This document shows, piece after piece, positions 23,773 to 36,705 of a stretch of 64,000 bases of DNA. The stretch comes from Chiloscyllium plagiosum (Eukaryota). Both the position numbers and the translations under genes were made by a program. A model generated the notes under the pieces. That model saw only the letters and a list, made by a program, of their open reading frames with translations. It did not search any database and had not been told where the DNA came from. Positions within the stretch are counted from its first letter, which is position 1; the number at the start of each line of letters is the position of its first letter. Location: contig NC_057750.1 in NCBI RefSeq assembly GCF_004010195.1, positions 9,558,062 through 9,622,061 of the forward strand. Reading direction: 5' to 3'.

Positions 23773-24390
23773 TAGGCAGCACTGTGGCTCAGTGGTTAGC
23801 ACTGCTGCCTCACAGCACCAGGGTCCCACGTTCGACCCCAGCCTCGGGCAACTGTCTGTGTGGAGTTTGCACGTTCTCCCCGTGTCTGCGTGGGTTTCCT
23901 CACACAGTCCCAAAGATGCGCAGGGTAGGGTGGATTAGCTGTGCTAAATTGCTCATAGCGTTCAGGGATGTGCAGGCTCGATGGGTTAGCCATGGGAAAT
24001 TCAGGGATTGGGTGGGACGCTCTTCGGAGGGTCAGTGGGCTAAATGGTCTGCTTCCACGCTATAGGGATTCTTGCAGGGAACATGACAGGTAGAGGTGTC
24101 AAAAGAGAAGGTGCTAGAGTAACAATATAGGTTCTAGAATCCCTACAGTGAGGAAACAGGCCCTTTGGCCCAACTAGTCCACACCGACCCTCCGAAGAGT
24201 AATCCTATTTACTCTACATTTACCCCTGACTAATGCCCTTAACCTACACATTCCTGGACACTATGGGGCAATTGAGCATGGCCAATCCTCCCTAACTTGC
24301 ACATCTTTGGACTGTGGGAGGAAACCCATGCAGAATGTGCAAACCCCATACAGACAGTTGCCTGAGGGTGGGATTGAATCTGTGCCCCCG
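23773..24390. mobile_element. Two HE1 SINEs in opposite orientation (+ ~23773-24072; - ~24130-24390)
   Basis: A/B boxes, V-domain and tail recognisable on each strand. Confidence 0.8.
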
Positions 24391-24639
24391 ATGCTGCGGG
24401 GAGAGGGGGGCAGAGTCAGTGTTTGGAGTCTGGGATGACTCTTCTCAATGCACTCTCTCCACAGGTGCTGCCAGACCTGCCGAGTTTCTCCAGCCCTCTC
24501 TGCCTTCCTGTCAGATTTCCAGCAGGATTTAGCTTTCATTGGAAGCCCTGGTGTTTCTCATTCCTGCTGACCTGATGTGTTGGAGATGTGTTGAGAGAGG
24601 ACACCTTCCTCTTTAACAGAGAGAGCAGGCTCCCAGTCA

Positions 24640-24795
24640 GCCTGGGGGGGGGGGGGGGGGGAGGGTGGGTGTTTAGACTGTGCCAGAGGGGCGGCAGATC
24701 CAGTTTGCGAGATCAGTACAGCTTGAAACGGTCTCTTTAATTCCCTCTGCCTTAACCGAACGGCTGTTCAGTGTAAGTCCCGCCTCCGCCCACTC
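24640..24795 (+). promoter_or_regulatory. Putative PTGIR promoter / non-coding first exon
   Basis: G18 run (24644-24661), GC box GGGGCGG (~24688), CCCGCC/CCGCCC (~24779-24791) and consensus donor CAGT|GTAAGT (24773). A pyrimidine-tract acceptor TAAG| lies at 25288, 42 nt before the ATG. Mammalian PTGIR also has a 5'-UTR intron. Confidence 0.4.
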
Positions 24796-25029
24796 TCAGA
24801 TACAAATAGGAGGAGACTCTCGGTGTACAGCCAGTGCTGGGAAATCTCACCGTGTACTCTGGAGGCATTGGGCATCTCTCTGCCAGGCTGAGTACCCTCT
24901 TACACCCCCACAACCCCTTCCCGAATGAGAAACTGAGCAGAAGGGAAAAACACAGGGAGTCAGAGAGAGAGAAGTCAGGTCTGAGAAACTTCAATTTGGT
25001 TCTGAGCAACTTTTGAGTTCCCCTCCTGT

Positions 25030-25280
25030 GTGTGTGGCTTTCTCTCTCTCTCTTTCTCTGTGCGTCTTTATCCCTCTGTCTGTGTCTCTCTTTCTGCCTG
25101 TCTCTCCCTCTCTCTGCCGTCTCTTTCTGCCTGTCTTTCTGTGTCTCTCTGAGTCTCTCTGCCTGTCTGTCTGCCTGCTTGTCTCTCTCTCTCTCTCTGT
25201 CTGTCTGCCTCTCTCTCTCTCTGTGTCTCAGATTGTGTGTGTGTGTGTGTGCGCGTGTATCTCTCTCTCTCTCTCTGTCC
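25030..25280. repeat. Compound (CT)/(TG) microsatellite upstream of the PTGIR coding exon
   Basis: Directly visible. Confidence 0.95.
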
Positions 25281-25330
25281 GTATTAAGGAGAGCCTGGAG
25301 GACTCTCTGGGCTCTGAGCCTGGCGTGGGG

Positions 25331-26134
25331 ATGAACAACACCTCCTGTGAGAGTACCCATCAGATCCAGGTGGACAGTCAGCCTGTGGTCAGCATCATGA
25401 TGTTCAGCGGTGGGGTGGTGGGTAACGTGTTGGCGCTGGCTCTGCTGGGGGTACACAGGAAGGAGCTGAGGACCAAGTCCTCGGTTTTCTGTATCCTGGT
25501 GACCGGACTGGCCATCACTGACCTGATGGGCACTTGCTGCCTCAGCCCGGTGGTCTTTGTGGCATATGCCCAGGGGCTCTCGTTGCTGGGCCTGGCAGGG
25601 GGACCCGGCCTCTGCCACTTCTTCTCCAGTGCCATGACCTTCTTCGGCCTGGCGTCCACCCTGCTGCTGTTCGCTATGGCTGCCGAGCGGTGCCTGGCCA
25701 TTAGCCACCCTTACCTCTACCCCCAGCACGTGGGCAGGAGCCGGGCCAAGTTGGCACTGCCTGCCGCCTACACCTTCGCTGGTCTGTTCAGCCTCCTGCC
25801 CGTTACCGGCTTCGGCCAGCACAAACAGTACTGCCCCGGGACCTGGTGCTTCCTGCGGATGGAGTCCCGTGATTCGGCCGCGGTGGGCTTCTCGCTGCTC
25901 TACGCCAGCCTCATCGCCCTCCTGGTGCTCGCCGTCATCCTGTGCAATGCCTCGGTCATCGTCAACCTCTGCAAGATGCACCGCAGCCAGAGGAGCCGCC
26001 GCGGCTCGGTCCTCTCCTCCCAGAGGAAGGGTCGCAGAAGGAGCATCTTCGGCCAGAGGGAGGAGGAGATCGACCACCTCATCCTGCTCGTCTCCATGAC
26101 CGCCATCTTCTCCATCTGCTCCCTGCCACTCACG
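25331..26134 (+). CDS. PTGIR: Prostacyclin (PGI2, IP) receptor, first coding exon (268 codons, N-terminus to TM6); terminal coding exon not found in window
   Basis: Translation MNNTSCES...GVVGNVLAL...LVTGLAITDLMGTCCLSPVVFVAYA...AMTFFGLAS..LFAMAAERCLAISHPYLY...QYCPGTWCFLRM...EEEIDHLILL...CSLPLT has the prostanoid-receptor signatures and follows the IP receptor (SPAVFVAYA, SHPYLY, GQHQQYCPGSWCFLRM, CSLPLT) more closely than EP2/DP. It ends at CACG|GTGAGT (donor 26135), the conserved phase-0 TM6 intron of this family. Confidence 0.93.
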
Positions 26135-26159
26135 GTGAGTGGGCTCCGGTTTTCCAAAC

Positions 26160-26520
26160 CGGTTTTGTGAGGATTTGGGACAGCGAGGGTTTGGGGACGG
26201 TGAGGGTTTTGTGAGGGTTTGGGGACGGTGAGGGTTTTGTGAGGGTTTGGGGACAGTGAGGGTTTTGTGAGGGTTTGGGGACAGTGAGGGTTTTGTGAGG
26301 GTTTGGGGACAGTGAGGGTTTTGCGAGGGTTTGGGGAGGAGCAGTGAGGGTTTTGTGAGGGTTTGGGGACATTGAGGGTTTGGAGGCAGTGAGGGATGTG
26401 TGAGGGTTTGGGGGCAGTGAGGGATGTGTGAGGGTTTGGGGATGGGGGCAGTGAGGAATTTGTGAGGATTTGGGGAGGGGGACAGTGAGGGATTTGTGAG
26501 GGTTTTAGTGGGACAGGGGA
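26160..26520. repeat. G-rich 28-bp minisatellite at the start of the PTGIR intron
   Basis: Unit gtgagggttttgtgagggtttggggacR (e.g. 26200, 26228). Confidence 0.95.
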
Positions 26521-26530
26521 CAGTGAAATA

Positions 26531-26838
26531 GGTGACACGGTGGCTCAGTGGTTAGCACTGCTGCCTCACAGCGCCAGGGACCCAGGTTCAATCCCACCCC
26601 TCAGGACGACTGTCTGTGTGGAGTTTGCATGTTCTCCCTGCGTCTGCGTGGGTTTCATCCCACAGTCCAGAGATGTGCACTTCAGGGTAATGTCAAGGGG
26701 ATGTGCAGGGTGGGCCGGTTGGCAGTGTGGAAATGTAGGGTTACAGGGGTAAGTGAAGGGGGTTGGGTCTGGGTGGGATGCTCTTCAGATGTGGACTCGA
26801 TGGGCCGAATAGCCTGCTCACACTGCTGCAGGGATCCT
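26531..26838 (+). mobile_element. HE1-type SINE
   Basis: tRNA head, V-domain and tail. Confidence 0.85.
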
Positions 26839-28815
26839 GCGAGTTGAATTCCAGCTTCAATTGTATTTGAGCTTTGGTTAGACTGTATCAGGAATATTGT
26901 CCATAGCTTTGATCTCCTCACTTCAGGGTAAGATCTTCCTGCCATAGATTCACCACGAAGATGCTGGGGTTGTCGCGAGAAGGATGATCGATTGGTTGGA
27001 AAGACATGTTTGTCTTCTTTGCAATTTCAACGAATGAGAGGTGATCTCATTCAAACCTGCATCATACCGAGCAGAACATGCTGCTGGGTCTGTGAGCAAT
27101 GTCTGCGGAGAGAAAGCAGAGTTTACGTTTCGAGTCACATATGACCTTGCTTCAGAACATGTCTGAGATCGATAGGGGTCAGGGACCAGGGGGGACAGTC
27201 TCAGGACAATGGGGTAATCTCTTTAGGACTCAGAGGATGGGGAACTCTGTAGAATTCTCTTCAGCTTAGGGGCTGGGGAAACGGAGTCACTGATTATGTT
27301 CAAGACCAGAGACTAATAGCTGGAAATCCATCGAAGATATTGTCAGGGGGAAATGACAATGAGGCTGAATATCGAATGGAACAAGTGGAGTTAAATGACT
27401 CGAACTTCTTATGTGCAAATTTCTGACATGGCCATTTGGGAATTTAGATCGGGTTATAGGGATTTTTAAAAACATATCTGGACATAGAAGCATCTGGGAT
27501 CAATGAAGAGTAACCACAAGATTTTTTAAGAACAAAACCAGAATTAAAGAGAGAGAAACAGATTTAACATTTCAAGTCCAATTGTTGGAAAAGCTCAGCA
27601 GGCCTGGCAACAACTATGGAGAGAAAGCAGAGTTAACATTTTGGGTACAATTGCAACATTTAAAAGACATCTGGATGGGTGTATGAACAGGAAGGGTTTG
27701 GAGGGATATGGGCTGGGTGCTGGCAGGTGGGACTAGATTGGGTTGGGATATCTGGTCTGCATAGACGGGTTGGACCGAAGGGTCTGTTTCCATGCTGTAC
27801 ATCTCTGTGACTCTATGACACTTCCTCTGAATGTCAATGGGTAAACTGAAAAGCCCGTGTGTTTCTGTCCAAATTCCCAGCATTGCAGCAGTTTATTTTT
27901 ACGTTAATGCTTCCAGACTCTTGGAAGGTCCTAAACCATTTTCAGTTCATTCACACGCATTCTTTAGGGGTGGAGACTTTAAAGAGAGACTCTCTGTTGG
28001 GAATCATTTGGAAGATGATTAAAACATATCAAATTCCAGCAGGATTAGACCGGGTAAACGGAGCAAGGATATTCCCAATGACCCAGGAGTCCAGAACCAG
28101 GGGTGGCCACAGTCTAAGGATACGGGATAGGACTGAGCTGAGGAGAAATGTCTTTACCCAGAGAGTGGGAAGCCTGCGGAATTCTCCGCCACTGAAAGCA
28201 TTGAGTGTCTTTGAGGAGACGTTTAATATAGTTCTTAGGGCTAAAGGGATCGAAGGGGAGAAAGTGGGGTCAGGAGACTGAGTTGGATGCTCACCCATTA
28301 TCATGTTGAATTGGGGGCGGGCAGACTCGATGGGATGAATGGCCTACTCTTGCTCCTATTTACAAGAGATCCCGGTGTACTTTTCCCGGTCTCGCTGCGA
28401 TGTTCCTCCAGCCTCTCCACTGACTGGGATTTCAAGTGCTCTGTACCAGACTCGCCGATACATACATTCCGGGAATAATCAACTAAAACAAAAGCTTTCC
28501 GCTCGGCCAGATCAGCGACTGACTTTACTAAGTTTCCTCTATACTTAGAGCAGATGGGAATGCTCTCGGAGCTATGTTCCTGATAGCATGTCCCACAAAG
28601 GTGAGGCTGTATAAGGCATGATTGAAACGTTAGGGCATACTGCATAAATTCTCTCCATGTCAAAGCATGCGTCACAGCTCAGTGACAAACTGCCGTGACC
28701 TTTGACTCCAAAAGTCGGACTGGTGCCTCTTTTAAACTGCAGCATGGCTGACAATCTGTGACAGCATTTATTTTTAATTCGTGTGGCACTGAGATGTAAC
28801 AGAAAGTATTATAAC

Positions 28816-29395
28816 AGTCATAGAGATGTTCAGCATGGAAACAGACCTTTCGGTTCAACTCGTCCATGCTGACCAGATATCCTAAATTATCTTAGTCCCA
28901 TTTGTCAGCATTTGGCCCATATCCCTCTTAAACCCTTCCCATTCATATACTCATCCAGATGCCTTTTAAATGTAGTAATTGCATCCATCTCCATCATTTC
29001 CAGGGACTACTTTCCCTGGAGCGTTGGAAGCTGAAGGGTAATCTTAGAGGTTAATAAAATGAGGGGCACAGATAGGGTGGACAGCCAAGGTCTTTTTCCC
29101 AGTATCAGGGAGTCCAATACGAGAGTGCATAGGTTTAAGGTGAGAGGGGAAAGATTTAAAAGGGGCCTGAGGGGCAACTTTTTCACACACAGAGGGTGGT
29201 GCGTGTGTGGAATGAGCTGCCAAAGGAAGTGGTGGAGGCTGGTACAATTGCAACGTTTAATTTGGATGGGTATATGAATAGGATGGGGATTGGAGGGATA
29301 TGGACCGGGTGCTGGCAGGTTGGACTAGCTTGGGTTGGTATATCTGGTCGGTACGGATGAGTTGGACCGAAGGGTTTGTGTCCGTGCTGTAAGAT
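28816..29395. mobile_element. Two CR1/HER1 3' ends joined head-to-head (- ~28816-29000; + ~29000-29395)
   Basis: Both LINE tails point outwards from a junction at ~29000. Confidence 0.8.
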
Positions 29396-29741
29396 TCTAA
29401 AACAAACAAAATTGGCAGCTGGAAATTTGCACACTGCTATCTCCGGCAGTAATGTGGTAATGAGTAGATTTGGCTGATTAAGGAGCTGTGGGGTTGGGGA
29501 TGGAGAACACCCAACCCCCTCCTAAGTTTCTTTTAAATAGTACGACTGCATCTTTTTTATAGCTGAATTAAAATCCCATCTGAAAGATAGTATCGGTGGC
29601 AATGCAACACTCTCTCAACTGCACTGGGAGCGCCAACCTGGGGTTTCTGGGCTGAATCCCTGGCATAAGACATAAGTCAGCACTCAGAGTGTTACCCTGT
29701 GAGCCATGGCAAGTAATCCGGATGTCTGCTGCGCCTTACGT

Positions 29742-30630
29742 TTAGATTCGATTCCCTATAGCGTGGAAACAGGCCCTTCAGCCCAACAACTCCACACCGA
29801 CCCTCCGAAGAATAACCTACCCAGACCCATTTCCCTCTGACGAATGTACTGTGGGGCAATTTAGCACGGCCAATCCACCCTAACCTGCACGTCTTTGGGC
29901 TATGGGAGGAAACTGGAGCACCCGGAGGAAACCCACGCAGACACAGGGAAAACATGCAAACTCCACACGGACGGTCACCCAAGGCTGGAATCGAACCCGG
30001 GTCCCTTGCGCTGTGAGGTAGCAGTGCTAACCACTGAGCCACCCCCGTAGAGCTGTACTTTAGCTGTAGAGCACTCCTGAAGCCTGCAGTTGTGAATGAT
30101 GTCTTTAGAAATGTCAGCAAGGGCTCTTGGTCTCTGTAGCCATACCTTTACTGGAGATCCTCCTCTCTTTTTGAACATCCCTTCCTCCTGCACCCCAGCC
30201 TGCCTCCACTACCCATTCAGCGTTCGGCCTCCTCTGAACCTTGTGTACTTTTTAGTTTTAGTCCTGTGTCTTGAGCTGTTATGACAGTGGAAGCAGATTT
30301 AAAACTAACTTTCAAAAGGAAGTTGGGCTGGCAGCATGATGACTCAGTGGTTAGCACTGCTGCCTCACAGCGCCAGGGACCCGGCTTCGATTCCAGCCTC
30401 GGGCGACTCTCTGTGTGGAGTATGCATGTTCTCTCCGTGTCTGTGTGGGTTTGCTCCGGTTTCCTCCCACAATCCAAAGATGTGCAGGTCAGGGTGGATT
30501 GACCTTGCTAAATTGCGCTATAGCGTGTAGGTTGACTTTGGGAAATGCAGGGATAGGGTAGAGGATGGGTGGGATGCTCTTTGGAGGGTCGGTGTGGACC
30601 CGATGGGTCAAATGGCCTCCTTCCACAGTA
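29742..30630. mobile_element. Two HE1 SINEs (- ~29742-30047; + ~30330-30630)
   Basis: Complete heads and tails on opposite strands. Confidence 0.85.
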
Positions 30631-31982
30631 TTGAACTGAATGGCTTGCTAGGCAGTTGAGAGGCAACTTTGCGACTGGACCCACATGTTGATCAGAGCAG
30701 GTGAGGGTGGCACACTTCCTGCCATGAAGAAGATTCATGAACCAGATGGGGTTTACCCAAAAATTGACCGTGGTTTTAGTCCGTTCTTAATTCCAGACTT
30801 TTTAAATGAATTAATATTCAATCTCCACCATCTGCTATGGGAGGATTCAAACCCAGGTCCCTAGAACCACAGCTGACTTTCTCGAGTAATAGACTAATGG
30901 TAATACCACTGAGTCATCACTTCCCCTTATTATTACAGAGGGAGCACAGCGATGTTATACAAATTCCTGTTTCTGTAGAATTGTTGTTTGAATTTTCAAG
31001 ACCGTCTGGGCATAACTGCCCCCTGAGGAATGGACTTGGGCCCTTTCTTCCCTTTTCCAGCTGACCAACATAGCACATTTCTGCTTAACGTCCAGGCTCT
31101 GTATCAACAATATAGATACCCATGTGTTTCTTCCTCTACGGTGGCTCGGTGGTTAGCACTGCTGCCTCACAGCTCCAGGGTCCTCGGGCGACTGTCGGTG
31201 TGGAGTTTGCACGCTCTCCCTGTGTCTGCGTGGGTTTGCTCCATTTCCCTCCCACAATCCAAAGATGTGTAGGTAAGGTGAATTGGCTGTAGTGTCAGGG
31301 GTAAATGAGGAGTAGTGGAAGGGTCTGGCTGGGTTACTCTTTGGAGGGTTGGTGTGGACTTGTTGGGCCGAAGGGCCTGTTTCCACACTGTAGGGAATGT
31401 AATCTAATCTAATTGGCCATGCTGTAGTGCGCAGGCTGTGTGGGCTAGCTATAGGAAATGCGGGGTCAGATGGTTGGGTCTAGGCGGGATGCTCTTCGGA
31501 GGGTCAGCAGGGATGTGATAGGCCAAATGTAGGGGTTCTGTGATTGCCTCCAGCAGCAGCAGCAGCACTCTGTGCATGAACGTCCAGCTGTAGTGAGTAA
31601 AGCCTTTTAAACATAGAGAAACTTGTGTCATCTCTGTGAGATTTATAAAAAGTTAGAAACACCAGAGTATGGGTGTCTTGAATTTAACGTCGGTTCCAAG
31701 CTGGTGTAAGTTAATGGTGAATGTTTTGAGTTTTAGGAGCACCCAGACTCAATGCTTCCTCCCCTGTGTTACTGCTATTTATTTATCTGGTTTTTGTTTT
31801 AAAGCATCAATTTCTTCAGGGCGAGCCTGATAGAGGTCTACAGAATACTGAGAGACACAGATAGGGTGGATGGTCAGAGGCTTATTCCCCAGAGTGGAAA
31901 GGTCAATGACAAGAGAGCACCGGTTCAAGGTGAGAGGGCAGGGGCAAGTTTTCACACCGAAGGTGGAGGGTGTCTGGAATGC

Positions 31983-32420
31983 ACGCCAGGGACCCAGGTT
32001 CGATTCTCGCCTCAGGCTGTCTGTCTGTGTGGTGCTTGCACATTCTCCCCAGGTGCTCTGGTTTCCCCCCACAGTCCAAAGATGTGCGGGTTAGGGTAGA
32101 TTGGCCATGCTAAATTACCCCATAATGTTCAGGGATGTGCAGGTTAGGATGGATTGACCATGCTAAATTGTCCATAGTTTTCTGGGATATACAGATTAGG
32201 GTGGATTGGCCGTTGCAAATTGCCCCATGGTGTTCATGGATGTGCAGGTTAGGGTGGATTGGCCACGCTAAATTGCCCCATAGCGCCCAGGAATGTGCAG
32301 GTTGGAGAGGTGTGCCATGGGGAGCACTGGCTTACAGGAATGGGTGTGGGTTGGATGCCCTTCAGAGGGTTGATGTGAACTTGATGGGCCGAGTGGCCTG
32401 CTTCCACACTGCAGGGACTC
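31983..32420 (+). mobile_element. HE1 SINE with internal tandem amplification of the ~52-bp unit, inside an old CR1 tail
   Basis: Four gtggattggccatgctaaattgccc repeats; CR1 sequence resumes at ~32425. Confidence 0.75.
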
Positions 32421-34664
32421 TAAGGAACACACTGCCAATGGAAGTGGTGGAAGCAGGCACATATTAGCAACATTTAAGGTGTGTCTTGACAGACACATGA
32501 AAGGAAGGGGAACGAAGGGAGAAAAATAGGATTAGGAATCGGCGCAGGCTAGTGGGGCCAAAGGATACAGGATCTTCCTATTAGTCTCTCAGCATTGTAG
32601 CTTAACTAGTCTTTGGTACCTTGAACCCAGAAGACATTTGGGCTCCATAGTAATTCCGGCTGCCTTACCAGCGAAGGGTCACAATGCCAGAGGGTCGAAT
32701 TTCAATCAAGTTCAGCTGGGGTCCTGTCTGATCTGTTGAGACGTTTACTCTGGGCCACAGTGTTGGAGGAGAGAGGGGGAGATCTCACCCAACCCTACTG
32801 GATGTTCTCCCTGTGATCGAAATCCACTGAAATGCAAATCTTGCCCAGTTTTTTTTTCACCCCAAAAACGAAAAGCAGATTGGAACGGTGAAGGCAGATT
32901 TAATCCAAGCTGTTGCTTGCACGCCGTTTTCTTTCAAAGTAATTTGTTTTCTGCTTATTGCACAGAGAAATTGTTCAACTGATTTTGCGTAAAGATAAGA
33001 CCCCTTGCAATTACTGAACGCAAACAGCAGGCCGTGAGAGTTGGTAAAACCACATGAGGCCCACATGAATCAGAGATGGATGTTTCACAGACCATGCCTG
33101 CTGAGTTAATTAGCTTTTATGACCCATTCTAATCAGATAACGTGGAATTTCGCTGCAGTTGTGTGGCGATGAGTTGACGTCTCGTCTCTCTGCTCAATTT
33201 GGCTGTGTACCACTCAATAATAATCATGGTAACTCATCCTCCAATCTCTCAGATGAGAATGCAAAGTGATGAAGATGATATCGCAGGATTAGGGCAGATT
33301 GCTGTTGCAAATTCACAGCAGAGGTAGAATCCTCACAGTGTGGAAACAGGCTATTTGTCCCATTGGGTCTATACTATCCTCCGAAGAGCATCCAACCTAG
33401 ACCCACCCTATCCCTGGGACCTTGCATTTCCTATGGCCTAACCACAGTAGCCTGCACATCTTTGGACTGAGAGAGGAAACCTACGCAGACACAGGGAGAA
33501 CGTGTAAACTCCACACAGCCCGAGGCTGGAATTAAACCCGGGTTCCTGGTGCTGGGAGGCAACAGTGCTAACCACTGTGCCGCCCTTGTTGGGTGTTAAC
33601 TGGAATTTTATATTTACAGAGACTTATTGAAATTTTGTACAGATGGGTTAGGTTTCTGCTTGTAAGGTTTCTGTAAATATGTCTGAGACTGAGTAAAGAT
33701 TGACTCTAGCACAATCTTACAGCAAATAGTTGCCTTAGAGAGAATATTGGATCAATCCCAGACCTATTCCAATGCTCTGTTAGCTCCCCTTCTCACTATT
33801 GAAGGGGCCTACTTCTGCAATAATTTTCTATGTTTCTATTTTGATTTGATCTATTATTATCACATGTACCTGGGTACAGTGAAAAGTTTTGTTTTGCTAG
33901 CAGTACGGGCAGCACATACGTTGGGGTAATAGAACAGAGCGAGGAATACAGTGTTACAGCTGCAGAGGAGGCGTACGAAGATAATGATCAACATTAAATT
34001 TTGAAAGGTCCATTCAGAAGCCTGATAATAGTGGGGAAGAAGCTGCTCTTGAATCTGATGTTATGTGTTTAAGCTTTTGTACCTTCTGCCTCATGGAAGA
34101 GATTATATAAGCAGGGTGGGAGGGGTCTTTGATGGTGTTGGCTGACTTCCCGCATGCAGATGGAGTCAATGATTGGGAGGCTGGCTTGTGTATTGGTATA
34201 CGGACTGATTCCGGTGCCTTGCTTCCTCCCTATAATCCTGTGTCAACCATTTGTGGAAAGAAATTTCTTTTAATCTTTCTCTTCAATTTTTAACTTGATG
34301 ACCCATCACCATTGGCTCCCTAACCACAGAAAATAGAGTGCAAAGGGATAAATGAGGAAAGAGGCCAATAGGCCCATCAATTCTATACCGACCCTCCACA
34401 AAGCATCTCACCCAGACCCACACCCCCCCACCATTTACTGTGACTAATCCACCTAGCCTCCACACGAGCCAATGTGATAGCACACAGGTAGTCTATAGAA
34501 TACTTTATGAGGGAAAAAACACTTCCATCTAAAAGGACAAGGGCAGCAGATACATGGGAACACCACTCCCTGCAAGTTCCCCTCCACTCACCATCCTGAC
34601 TTGGAAATATATCACCATTCCTTCAGTGTCACTGGGTCAATTTCTCGGAATTCCCTTCCCAGTG

Positions 34665-35050
34665 TCGTCATAGAATCACTACAGAGTGGACGCAGACCAT
34701 TTGGCCCATTAAATCTATGTTGACTCTCTGAAGAACATCACATACCACCCCCCATCCTTCTAACCCCACATTTCCAATGGCTAATCCACCCTAACCTGCA
34801 TACCCCCTAAACATTTATGGGGCAATTTAGCATAGCCAACACATCCTAACCTGCACATCCCTGAACACTATGGGCAATTCAGCATGGCCAGTTCCCTGAA
34901 CATCTTTGGATTGTGGGAGTAAACCGGAGGAAACCCATGCAGACACGGGGAGAATGTGCAAACTCCACACAGACAGTCGTCCGAGGCTGGGATTGAACCT
35001 AGGTCCCTGGTGCTGTGAGGCAGCAGTGCTGACCACTGAGCCACCATGCC
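34665..35050 (-). mobile_element. HE1-type SINE
   Basis: Reverse-complement head, V-domain and tail. Confidence 0.85.
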
Positions 35051-36129
35051 ACTGTAAACCTCAGATTGAAACAAAAACTGTATTATACTGTTGGCTGCTG
35101 ACACTGCAAGAACAGATTTGGTATTTGGAAGAGGCTATGAGCCATCTCCCTTGCCTTCCCTATCCATACAGGGTATAACCACAGACTCTGCGAGTCATTA
35201 GAATGATGCAGCTAATCCAGGGAGGCCTTTGGGAAATTCCATCCAATCTGGGCAAAAACACTCCAGATGATGTTTTTAACTTAAAGAAACATTTATATAT
35301 CACCTTCCATGACATCTGAATGCTTTACAGGCACTGACATGCCTTTAGAAGGTGTGGCTGTTCATAGAAACTTTACAGTTCAGGAGTAGCCCATACTAAC
35401 CCTCCATACAGCATCCCCCCAACCCCTGTGGCTAACCCACCTAGCCTGGACACTATGGAGCAATTTAGTATGGCCAATCCACCCTAACCTGCACAACTTT
35501 AGGCTGTGTGGAAGGAAATCCACGCAGACAGTCACCCAAGGGTGGAATCGAGCCCAGGTCCCTGGTGCTGCAAGGCAGCAGTGCTAACCATTGAGTCACT
35601 GTGCTGTTGTAGTCAGGTGGGAGCCAATGTGCCCACAGTAAGCTGACATGAACAGTATTAAGGGAGAAATGAAGCTGGGAAAAATTCCCCTGATGTTATT
35701 TACCAGAGCCCCAGGGAATAATTTACATTGACTGTGGAGGACCAGGTGGGAATGGGGTATAACCTCTCACTCAAAAAACACCACTACTGACAGTGTGGCA
35801 CTCCCTCAGGTTTGTCCTGGCTGTACAGGCCTCTGGGGATGACCTTATACCCACCATCTACTGATTCCAGGCCGAGCGTTGGTGACAGATCTCAGGTGTC
35901 TGTCCATCTGTACTTGTGTATTCTGGTTTGTTTGGATTACCAGCACTTATTTGACAGATGGTCAACAGTATATTACCAGCTGAGCTAACCAAGCCCCAGC
36001 ATTGCATAGAAAATAGTCATTGATGGAGCGTGCAGAAGATGTCGCTCGTGGGTAAAAGGGGAGACGTTTGCAGGGCACAAGTTACCAGCAGAGATGAGGA
36101 GAGCTGGAAAATTCAGAATAAACTCGAAC

Positions 36130-36705
36130 CTCATGTTAGGGAATATTCCCCATTTGTCCTGGATGGGGGCAGCTCCAACAACACTCAGGAAGCTCAACAC
36201 CATCCAGGACAAAGCAGCCGCAGCTTGATTGGCCCCATATCCACAAGCATCCCCTCCCTCCTCTCCCCAACGCTCAGTAGCAGCAGGGTGTACCATCTAC
36301 AAGATACCTTGCAGAAACTCACCAAGCATCCCCTCCCTCCACGCTCTGTAGCAGCAGTGTGTGCCATCTACAGGATGCCCTGCAGTAACTCATCCAAGAC
36401 CCTCAGACAGCACCTTCCAAACTCACGACCACTTCCATCTAGAAGGACAAGGGCAGCAGATACATGGGAACACCACCCCCTCACGTTCCCGTCTAGCCAC
36501 TCCCCATCCTGACTTGGAAATATATCACCGTTCCTTCAGTGTCAAAACCCCGGAATTCCCTCTCTAAGGGCATTGTGGGTCTATCTACAGCACATAGACT
36601 GCAGCGGTTTCAAGAAGGCAGCTCACCCCCACCCTCTCAAGGGGGCAACTAGGGATGGGCAATAAATGCTGGGCCCAGCCAACAACACCCACGTCCCCTG
36701 AGTGA
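36130..36705 (+). mobile_element. CR1/L2-clade LINE 3' end (second family)
   Basis: Same family as 17810-18450, with a short internal duplication. Confidence 0.85.

Noticed and set aside
25013..25330. 106-aa N-terminal extension of the PTGIR ORF in the ORF track
   Set aside because: Mostly translation of a CT/TG microsatellite from a non-ATG start; receptor homology starts at ATG 25331.
24752..26077. 441-aa minus-strand ORF
   Set aside because: Antisense shadow of the GC-rich PTGIR exon plus microsatellite; no independent motifs.
25331..26134. Alternative call as PTGER2 or PTGDR
   Set aside because: TM2-TM3, SHPYLY, ECL2 and CSLPLT follow the IP receptor more closely; a phylogeny would confirm.
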